A stretch of DNA of 64,000 nucleotides, from IMG/VR virus record IMGVR_UViG_3300007171_000076. The stretch is one strand, 5' to 3'. Under the pieces are notes generated by a model that saw only the letters and a list, made by a program, of their open reading frames with translations, was not told where the DNA came from and searched no databases. A program made the translations under genes and the position numbers. Positions 27,338 to 35,351 of the stretch are shown here, in pieces. This stretch comes from an uncultured virus (IMG/VR IMGVR_UViG_3300007171_000076). Its lineage: Duplodnaviria > Heunggongvirae > Uroviricota > Caudoviricetes. Position 1 is the stretch's first letter. Every line of letters starts with the position of its first letter.

Positions 27338-28084
27338 ATGTGGTTTAAAAAAGCATTAGATTTGAATGATTTAAACAAAGAATTCTCAGATGAAAGGGAT
27401 GAAGCTATTTCTGATTATGAAGTAACAGAAACAGATGAGAATGTAAATAATTTGCTTGATAATCTTATGTCTGGAAATTCTTACACTTCTGAATCTGGAG
27501 CTATAAGAGTTAATCCAGCAATTGAAACTCCACCAATTAGAAATAAAGATTTGGATGCATCATTTAACATTAATACGGATGATTTAGAAGAGATGCATGG
27601 CTTAGTTTCTGGTGAATCAAATAATGCTGAATATTTTATGAATCTAGCTAAAACAATTGAAAAATATATTCCTTATGATCAAACCTTTATGACAGAAATG
27701 GCTAGGGTTAGAGATTTCTTTCTTGGTCTTGAAAATAAATTGCATATGATGATTCAGGAAGAGCATAGTAAATTTCCTAAAATGAAACCTTACATTTATG
27801 ACACAGAGGAAGAAGCCGAAGCGATTCATGATCATAACAACAGTGTAAGGTCTTTTTTCAGAGATTATGAAGCACCTAGATTAGACCCTGAAGTAAGTAA
27901 TGTTGTTAATGAGTATTTTATTCGATATACTAAACTCATCAATGACATGGTTCCTAAGATTATGAATGTTGATGCTAAAAGAGAATGGCTAAATGGAATG
28001 GCAAGAAAAGGTGTTGCTGCTAATTTTCTCAGAGATGATTTGAGATCAGAATATTTAAAAATTATGAAAAGATCTGGGAGATAA
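27338..28084 (+). CDS. MWF-tag hypothetical protein
   Basis: begins MWFKKA. Confidence 0.7.
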   Translation: MWFKKALDLNDLNKEFSDERDEAISDYEVTETDENVNNLLDNLMSGNSYTSESGAIRVNPAIETPPIRNKDLDASFNINTDDLEEMHGLVSGESNNAEYFMNLAKTIEKYIPYDQTFMTEMARVRDFFLGLENKLHMMIQEEHSKFPKMKPYIYDTEEEAEAIHDHNNSVRSFFRDYEAPRLDPEVSNVVNEYFIRYTKLINDMVPKIMNVDAKREWLNGMARKGVAANFLRDDLRSEYLKIMKRSGR

Positions 28085-28087
28085 TAT

Positions 28088-28906
28088 ATGTGGTACAAAG
28101 TTGCAATTTCTAAAGAAGATGCTAGTAGAGCAATTCAGCAAGAACTTTTATCTGGACAATATGACAATCAAGCAAACTCTGAGTCGGATTCTATCAAAAA
28201 ACAATTAACGGATAAATATGGTGAAGATTATAAACAAGCCATAGATGAAGAAATTAGCAAGTTGCGTCGTGAATTTTCTGCTAGTCGTCCTTGGGAAAGT
28301 GGTTCAAATGAAACTACACAACATGGAAAAACTACTGGATTGAATGCTTTTTATATATTGCCAGATGGAACTTTAACACCTAATTTATCTTCTCATGTTT
28401 CTTTTGATAAAATTCTATTACACAGGTTAGGAATTAATCCATCAGGTCTTACAGATAGATCAGATCGCCATGTTTTGTCAGATCTAGTCGGTGCTGTAAG
28501 AGTGAATATTTCTGGTGAATCTAAAAATGCCACAATCTATTATCCTTTAACCTCAGAACAAAAAGCTAGATTAGAAGATTTAGATATCAATTCTTTTGAC
28601 TACAGAAATGATTTAACTTCTGACAGTCCTGCTACAAATGAAAATGATGAGCTTTTGGAATCGTTAGAAAATCTTGGTAAACAATTAAGTTCTATTGGAA
28701 GTAGTTTGGAAGATATTTTGAATAAATATGTTAGCACTCAACGTAATCCAAAATTCTCCGTTGAAACTGCTGCAACTGAACCTTATACAATTCAAGAAAA
28801 TGTTCAGAATATTGATGAAAATTTATTTAATAAGCTTGCTGAAATTAAAGATAGATTTTCAAACTTAGAGATAATTGCAGATGATTTAAGAGGCATTAGA
28901 AGTTAA
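28088..28906 (+). CDS. MWY-tag protein with FYILPDG motif
   Basis: begins MWYKVA; AFYILPDGTL...H...GAVRV resembles 25376-25843. Confidence 0.7.
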   Translation: MWYKVAISKEDASRAIQQELLSGQYDNQANSESDSIKKQLTDKYGEDYKQAIDEEISKLRREFSASRPWESGSNETTQHGKTTGLNAFYILPDGTLTPNLSSHVSFDKILLHRLGINPSGLTDRSDRHVLSDLVGAVRVNISGESKNATIYYPLTSEQKARLEDLDINSFDYRNDLTSDSPATNENDELLESLENLGKQLSSIGSSLEDILNKYVSTQRNPKFSVETAATEPYTIQENVQNIDENLFNKLAEIKDRFSNLEIIADDLRGIRS

Positions 28907-29169
28907 TATCTAGCTGCAAAATATTTCCACAAGGTTTTAAAATCATTGTCATTAAGATTATGATTGATATTGTAATTAATTTTAAAATAATATCTTGATG
29001 ATCTATCGTAGAATAGCTTTATCTTTTCATTATCTGTTATTAAGATGTCGGCAAACTTTCTATTTAAGCTAACTGTATATTTTTCTGTCACAATTCTAAG
29101 GGCATATTTAGGATTGCAATTAATTCTATCAATCTTTCCAAGCTGCATAATTTCTTTAGCTGTAATCAT
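28903..29169 (-). CDS. hypothetical protein
   Basis: 88 aa; TATAAT 6 nt before the ATG. Confidence 0.6.
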   Translation of the reverse strand: MITAKEIMQLGKIDRINCNPKYALRIVTEKYTVSLNRKFADILITDNEKIKLFYDRSSRYYFKINYNINHNLNDNDFKTLWKYFAARY

Positions 29170-29215
29170 GTAAATATTATAGGTTTTTTAAGCATTTAAG
29201 CAAGAAAAATACTAT

Positions 29216-29716
29216 ATGCTACGACTAATTCTTTACATATTTCAAAGATATTTTTTAAGATGTTTTTCTCAAAAATATATGTTAGAAAGATTTTTGCCTC
29301 AGATTTTAGATTCTAACATTTACAAAAAAACAGCTGTAGTAAATGCAAGAAAATTGAGAAAATCTGAATTAATTCTTACATACACTCAAGGCAAAAATGG
29401 TATAGAATTAGAGACAAAAAGAATTGGCAAGCCAGGAGATTATGTTGTTAAAAATCCATCTGGTGAAGAATATATCATAGCTGAAAAAATATTCTTAGAC
29501 AGATACGAACATAAGCATTTTAATCTTTATAGGCCTGTTGGAAAAATCAAAGCTATAAAATATAATGGTCCTGATATTAGTTTTTATGCTGGTTGGGGAG
29601 AAAAAATGATATTAAGGACTGGAGATATGCTTGCATCCCCAGCCCCCAATTATGATGAAATATATAGAATAGGAATTATTGAGTTTCTTCAGTCATATTC
29701 TCCTGATCTCTTGTAG
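29216..29716 (+). CDS. PGDYG-like domain protein (two internal copies)
   Basis: YKK...V.AR...GKPGDYVVKNPSGEEYII...F..RYE and a second copy WGEKM...GDML...YRI...F..SY. Confidence 0.55.
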   Translation: MLRLILYIFQRYFLRCFSQKYMLERFLPQILDSNIYKKTAVVNARKLRKSELILTYTQGKNGIELETKRIGKPGDYVVKNPSGEEYIIAEKIFLDRYEHKHFNLYRPVGKIKAIKYNGPDISFYAGWGEKMILRTGDMLASPAPNYDEIYRIGIIEFLQSYSPDLL

Positions 29717-32700
29717 GAAATTTTTCACTATAAATTTCTTCAAGTCTCTGATAATTTGATTCACGATATTGAAACCCATATTCATAGACTAGATTTAAAA
29801 ATTTCCATTTATTAGAATCACATAACCAATTTTTGATAAAATCTTCACATTTATTTACGTCCATAGGGTAATTACTATTCCATTCATGTAAATTATCATT
29901 TTTATAATTTACGTAGAAAAAAGCATCCTCATTTTGATATTTACCACCATAAATTCTTATATGTTCATCAATAAATGTCCAAGGTTCTTCCACACCAAGT
30001 TGCTCTAATTCTCTCCATTTTTGCTGAAAAGATTTGTCAGCATAAACAACTTTTTGAACTTCTGTAAGGCTATCTGAATGGTTCGGATCATTAGCTATCA
30101 ATCCTAGACCAGCATTAGAATCTTTTGGAATAACTATATTTCTTGATAATAAATCTGAATATGAATATGAATTTTTAGAAGCATTAAGTATTCCTATAAT
30201 TGCAGTATTTGAAAGTTGTTCGAATGGATTTTTCAAAAATACGTATCCACAATCCATTATAAAATCAAGATTTAAATTTCTTAATAAAATCGTTTCAAAA
30301 ATCATATCTAATCTACTTGATTTTTTGATATTTCCATTTTCATCTGTAAGAAGTTCTTTGATATTATTTGGATCTCTTGATTGCTCAATAAGATGTCCAT
30401 AGTTTTCAATATCATAACCCTTAGGAATTTTCATTGAAGAATGTATTGAGATAATCGAGCTTTCAGTTGCTTTATTAAAATAAATACCATATTTATTAAA
30501 TTCACTGATGTCGTATTTAGTTTTACCAGCATCCCCTACAAATCCTGCACTATTTGCAATCATTGTCATAATAGCACTTAAAGGAAGATTCATGTATGAT
30601 TTATTAGGTACTGTTTCATTTTCATAAACTACATATAATGTTGTTGGTGTATATGTAGCTAATCCAACATAATCATCCTGCCTTATTTGAAGATCTTTTA
30701 AACCTTCTAAATTCCACTGTTGCATTTGAAGATATTTTTTAGCATCATCTTTAAAGCCTCTTACAAAAGGGCTATTTATAGCATATTCAACTACATTATT
30801 ATAACTATCGCTAATGTACAATGAAATCAAATCGATATTTTCTTTTTTTAAATCTTTAATATCATCAACGCTGAATTTTCCATATTTATCTGCTGTTTCT
30901 TGAGCTAACATCATGAATCTTTTCTGATCTTCAAACTTACTCAATCTCAAATATTTTAAATGAATTAATTCAGCTGCTCTTTCAAAATCTTCAGCATTCA
31001 TCAAATCATATGTATCTTTAATTTCGACATTCAAAGGTTTTACATTTGTTGAATCTGATTCATAAGTATCGTAATTATATTTTTTTAAAAAAGTAGATCT
31101 TATTTGTGGTTGTTCTTTTAATTCTTTTGGAATAAATGAATTCCAATTGCCTATATATACATCAGTGTTAAATTCTTTTGAAATTTCTTTGATAATTTTA
31201 TAGCAATCTTCATTAAATTCTGCATCTTTGTTTTTAGTTTCAAAACTATCAAACACAATTTTTCCATTTTTATCTTCCCAAACATAAGATTGAGCTAAAA
31301 TTCTGCCAGATTTATTCTCAATAACAAAGATTGAAGAAAATTGATTTTCAATACTATCAAAGCATGATTTATGTGCAAATCCCCCATACTTTTGGCAGCA
31401 TGAAGTTATATCTCCAACAAATAAAAATCTCTTGTCAGATTTAGGTAAAATTCTTCCAATTAAATCTCCAGAAGTTACAATTTTACCAGCCCAATTTGGT
31501 TCTTTGTCTTGATTATTTAAGAACAAATCTTGAAGAACTAAAAATGCATGCTTATTTTTTGTAGAACAATTTTTCAGAAATGATCTTGCAAATTCTAAAT
31601 CTTTAACATTTTCTAATCCAATATCTCTAATCATCGTGTCAGTTTCGATAATAGAATTAAGATCTTCAAATGAGATTTTTCCAATTAAATCTTTTACTGG
31701 AATTTCATCATTGCCATACAAAACTTTTTTATCCCATGAACTTAACACACCAAAATAAGGCATTGTGCTACGATTTTCATATAAATTTCTAAATAAAAAA
31801 TCAACAGATCTTTTTGTGATATTTTTATATTTAGAATCAAATTCTGTTATTAATTTGCTTGCAAGTTGACTGAAAGTTCCTATATCTACATTTTCATAAG
31901 GTTTTAAAAAGTTCTTAAGAGCTCTTCTGACTTCATCTTGTTTGTTTTCTTTTGCTATAGCTGTAATAGCATTAGAAGATGTATATAATTCATCTATTGT
32001 AATATCAAAACCATTATTGGAATTAGCAAGTAAGAAATTTCCCATGCCACTATAGTTTTTATTTAAACCATCATGTATTTCTTCTGTTTCACCGTAAAAT
32101 GGATTATCTAAGTCAAATGTTTGCGGTCGCCAATTGTCCATCGGTAAAATCATTGCTGCATTGTGTATTACATCTAAATTTAATTTTTGCTCAGAATCAT
32201 TTAAATCCATTTCTGGAGCAAATCTTTTAAGCCATTCATATGTTCTTGGACCGAATACCGAATTTAATTTATATAAATATTTAATTATTTCATCATTGTT
32301 ATATCTATTTTCTGTTTTAAATTTTTCAAAATATAAATCTAATATGTCATTCATGCATGGCAAAATCTTATTTGAAAAGATATTTCTAGAACCTTGATAA
32401 TTTACAGAACATTCGTAAAAGTACACAGCATCTTTAAAATCTAATCTTCTGCCAGTGTGGAAACCATGAACATCATTTAATCTTGCTATTCTGTAATTGT
32501 ATTCATCTGAGAATTTTTCATTTGAATTGTCGCCTTTTTCAAACGTACATGCCAATAACAAAGCATAAGGATCTTTTTTTCTAATAGCTTTTACAATCAG
32601 TTCACATCTTTCAGTGGCATTTTCTTTATAATTATCAGTTTGTTCAGGATTAACGTAGGGTATGAATTTTAAACATTGTAGCATAATAAAAAATTCATCT

Positions 32701-32954
32701 GACAATTCTTGAATATTACATCCGCTTTGTCTTACTCTTTGATAAATATTTTTGATGTTGAAATAATTTTGATCATCTTTTAAAATCTGATTTGCTACAA
32801 AATTAAATTTCCCAGACTTTTGCGTTTGTTCATTAGCTGCCGTAATAATCCTTTTATCTGAAAAAGCTAATCTTTCAATCTTTTCAGCTAAATCGTGGAA
32901 ACCAAATTTATCAAGTAAATCTGCATCTTTAAGAAATTGTGAACTATAACTCAT
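29676..32954 (-). CDS. large protein with central G..T.CCQ domain
   Basis: 1092 aa; LPKSDKRFLFVGDITSCCQ...QSYVW...FDSFE shared with 17244-21167. Confidence 0.75.
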   Translation of the reverse strand: MSYSSQFLKDADLLDKFGFHDLAEKIERLAFSDKRIITAANEQTQKSGKFNFVANQILKDDQNYFNIKNIYQRVRQSGCNIQELSDEFFIMLQCLKFIPYVNPEQTDNYKENATERCELIVKAIRKKDPYALLLACTFEKGDNSNEKFSDEYNYRIARLNDVHGFHTGRRLDFKDAVYFYECSVNYQGSRNIFSNKILPCMNDILDLYFEKFKTENRYNNDEIIKYLYKLNSVFGPRTYEWLKRFAPEMDLNDSEQKLNLDVIHNAAMILPMDNWRPQTFDLDNPFYGETEEIHDGLNKNYSGMGNFLLANSNNGFDITIDELYTSSNAITAIAKENKQDEVRRALKNFLKPYENVDIGTFSQLASKLITEFDSKYKNITKRSVDFLFRNLYENRSTMPYFGVLSSWDKKVLYGNDEIPVKDLIGKISFEDLNSIIETDTMIRDIGLENVKDLEFARSFLKNCSTKNKHAFLVLQDLFLNNQDKEPNWAGKIVTSGDLIGRILPKSDKRFLFVGDITSCCQKYGGFAHKSCFDSIENQFSSIFVIENKSGRILAQSYVWEDKNGKIVFDSFETKNKDAEFNEDCYKIIKEISKEFNTDVYIGNWNSFIPKELKEQPQIRSTFLKKYNYDTYESDSTNVKPLNVEIKDTYDLMNAEDFERAAELIHLKYLRLSKFEDQKRFMMLAQETADKYGKFSVDDIKDLKKENIDLISLYISDSYNNVVEYAINSPFVRGFKDDAKKYLQMQQWNLEGLKDLQIRQDDYVGLATYTPTTLYVVYENETVPNKSYMNLPLSAIMTMIANSAGFVGDAGKTKYDISEFNKYGIYFNKATESSIISIHSSMKIPKGYDIENYGHLIEQSRDPNNIKELLTDENGNIKKSSRLDMIFETILLRNLNLDFIMDCGYVFLKNPFEQLSNTAIIGILNASKNSYSYSDLLSRNIVIPKDSNAGLGLIANDPNHSDSLTEVQKVVYADKSFQQKWRELEQLGVEEPWTFIDEHIRIYGGKYQNEDAFFYVNYKNDNLHEWNSNYPMDVNKCEDFIKNWLCDSNKWKFLNLVYEYGFQYRESNYQRLEEIYSEKFPTRDQENMTEETQ

Positions 32955-33077
32955 AATATTGTTGTACCGTTAGACGAATGATATAATATATATTACCAAT
33001 TTGAAGCTTTTTTTCTTTTAAGGGATTGTTGATTAGATTTTGGAATATTAAGAGTACAAAAGGTTTAGAGGAAAATA

Positions 33078-33971
33078 ATGAGAAAAATATTAGCTTTTTT
33101 AAATAATGCAATCAATACTGCTGAATATTATGGTGACAAGAAACTTGCAGGAAGATTACATAATTGGTTTGTAAAAATTTCTGCTGAATTACCTGATGAA
33201 AATTCTGATGATGTTTCTGGCTATAGAATTGACGAACATGTAGGTGGTAAATATAGCGATCCTAATTATCTTTCATTATCAGATATGGGTGACCTTTCGG
33301 CTGGAGATGTTGACGAAGAAGGCTATTATGTTGTTGTAAAAATTCCATCCCCAGACTCAGATGTTTATCCAGCATTTGATTTAGAAGCTGATCAAAATGC
33401 CCTTCATCTTGGTGCAAAAATTGATGTAGATTCTTTATTAGAGCATTTTGAATTATTTAAGAAACTAATGCCATATATCAAGCCTACAAGTGGAAAGGTA
33501 TATGCTTACGATGGTCATAGAAAAGATTGGAGAAATATTCCATTAGACCAAGTAAGTTTTGCTCAAGGCCCAGATGGTAAATATGTTCCAGTTTTTTATA
33601 GAGAAGATGAAGCAGTAATTAAATCCGAACAAGAGCCTATGGTTAATGCTTTTGGAAATCCTGAAGCCGCTAAAGAAGATGCTATCAAGAGAGCTGGTGG
33701 ATATGATATCTTCTATAACTCTATCAAAATGGCAATGGATGAATTAGTTGGTGTAAAAGATATTGATATCATTTTAGCAATTGCAATGGAAAAGATTGGT
33801 AAATCTTATACTGACGAAGAAAATGCTGTTGCGGATATTCTTCTGGATCTTTCAAAATCTGGTAATCTTCCATGGCCAACTTCAGCTTTTACAAACTCCC
33901 ATCTTATAATTGAAAAGCTTAGAGATTCATTTAATGTTTACAAGCATGCTAAAGATGCTGGAGAGCTTTAA
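33078..33971 (+). CDS. hypothetical protein
   Basis: 297 aa with GAGG RBS. Confidence 0.7.
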   Translation: MRKILAFLNNAINTAEYYGDKKLAGRLHNWFVKISAELPDENSDDVSGYRIDEHVGGKYSDPNYLSLSDMGDLSAGDVDEEGYYVVVKIPSPDSDVYPAFDLEADQNALHLGAKIDVDSLLEHFELFKKLMPYIKPTSGKVYAYDGHRKDWRNIPLDQVSFAQGPDGKYVPVFYREDEAVIKSEQEPMVNAFGNPEAAKEDAIKRAGGYDIFYNSIKMAMDELVGVKDIDIILAIAMEKIGKSYTDEENAVADILLDLSKSGNLPWPTSAFTNSHLIIEKLRDSFNVYKHAKDAGEL

Positions 33972-33976
33972 AAATT

Positions 33977-34010
33977 AAATCCCCTTAGTTAACTAGGGGG
34001 ATTATTTTTT
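33977..34010. terminator. terminator between convergent genes
   Basis: AATCCCC...GGGGATT inverted repeat followed by a T-rich run. Confidence 0.55.
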
Positions 34011-34513
34011 ATCTTAGCATCTTCAGAATTCATTGGTGGACTTATATTTTTGAATTTTTCTGCAAAATCTTTTCTAATGTTTTCAATTTGTTTTGCGGGA
34101 AGAATGTTTTGCTTAGATGTAATTTGCTCATTCAAAGTCTTCCATCCATCTCCGCTTGATTTGCTTCTAGACAATGCATTATTAATAATTTCCATTGATG
34201 TTTGATCAGAAATCTTATCATAGGACTGCATCATCTTGAAAGTGTTATAATTGTATTGATTTCCGGGTGTTTTAAGGGTATTCTGAACTAATTGATCTTT
34301 AAATGAACCTTGATTATTAGCTTGCTCTTGAGTATCATTTTGTTGTGGATTTTGAAAGATCATATTTTGGTTTTCTTTGATTTGAGCTTGTAATCTTTCA
34401 GGGGTTAATGCTGGCAATTTGTTTGTAGGATCAACGTATAAAATGCCATTTTCACTATATGTTTTATTCCCGTAATCAACTCTTTGGCTTAATTTTAAAA
34501 ACTTATACCACAT
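33989..34513 (-). CDS. MWY-tag protein (Q/N-rich)
   Basis: likely start MWYKFLK at 34513, overlapping the stop of 34513-34716. Confidence 0.65.
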   Translation of the reverse strand: MWYKFLKLSQRVDYGNKTYSENGILYVDPTNKLPALTPERLQAQIKENQNMIFQNPQQNDTQEQANNQGSFKDQLVQNTLKTPGNQYNYNTFKMMQSYDKISDQTSMEIINNALSRSKSSGDGWKTLNEQITSKQNILPAKQIENIRKDFAEKFKNISPPMNSEDAKIKNNPPS

Positions 34514-34716
34514 TATTTTGTCTTCAATTCTTCTTGGCAAACTTTAATCAATCTTTGAATTGTTTCTTTAGGTAATTGTTTGATTAAATCTTTCATAGAC
34601 TTCTCTTCCCAATCACCAACAATTTTATTAGCAAAGGGAAGTTTATTTAAATTAACTTCTGGAATACCCGTAGTTTTGTTCAATAATCTTGATAAAACCG
34701 ATTTAGCTTGAAACAT
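34513..34716 (-). CDS. hypothetical protein
   Basis: 67 aa ORF with GGGGGA RBS. Confidence 0.6.
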   Translation of the reverse strand: MFQAKSVLSRLLNKTTGIPEVNLNKLPFANKIVGDWEEKSMKDLIKQLPKETIQRLIKVCQEELKTK

Positions 34717-34797
34717 TTTCTTTTCCCCCGTTGTTAGATATAATAGATTGTTCTAGTGTAAGGTTGTACAGTTCCTAGGAAAAGGTATCATAGATTC

Positions 34798-35055
34798 ATG
34801 ATGACTTGGCGAAAAGCAATTGAGAACCAGTTTGAAATTCATAAAGATAGCTGGAAAAATGTTGTATCTATAGCTCCTGAAGATGGAAAATGGCTTGATT
34901 ATTTATTTGATGATGACGAAACTGTTCCACAAGGAGAAGCGTTTACAGTATGGACTAAGACAAGAATTTATTTCCCAGTCTTTAGTGATAATCAAGAATA
35001 TTGTGATTCCATTTCAAGAGATCCAGATCAGAAACCAACGAGGCATATTGGATGA
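34798..35055 (+). CDS. hypothetical phage protein
   Basis: 85 aa; start 6 nt after TATCAT. Confidence 0.65.
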   Translation: MMTWRKAIENQFEIHKDSWKNVVSIAPEDGKWLDYLFDDDETVPQGEAFTVWTKTRIYFPVFSDNQEYCDSISRDPDQKPTRHIG

Positions 35056-35285
35056 AATTATTTAGTCAGATGTCAAGACCATTAGTTGCATTAGGTTTGA
35101 AAGTTAGATTACGTAATTGGCCTGAAGATTATTATATTTACAAAGAAGATGATAAATTGATTGACAGCATGGGTAATGTTTTCTTTCATTCTTGGCAAGA
35201 GTTCTTTATCAAACATCAAGATATTTTAAATAATGCTGGACCTGTTTGGGAAATTTATGAAGAGGTTGGATTCAATAACCTATAG
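35052..35285 (+). CDS. divergent DUF2829/Tad2-like protein
   Basis: LGLKVRLRNW...WEIYEE pattern. Confidence 0.45.
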   Translation: MKLFSQMSRPLVALGLKVRLRNWPEDYYIYKEDDKLIDSMGNVFFHSWQEFFIKHQDILNNAGPVWEIYEEVGFNNL

Positions 35286-35351
35286 TCAACATCAGTAATA
35301 AAATAGAATAAAACAATAGCTCTCAAAAAAATAAACCTGGGGAGGTGGATC

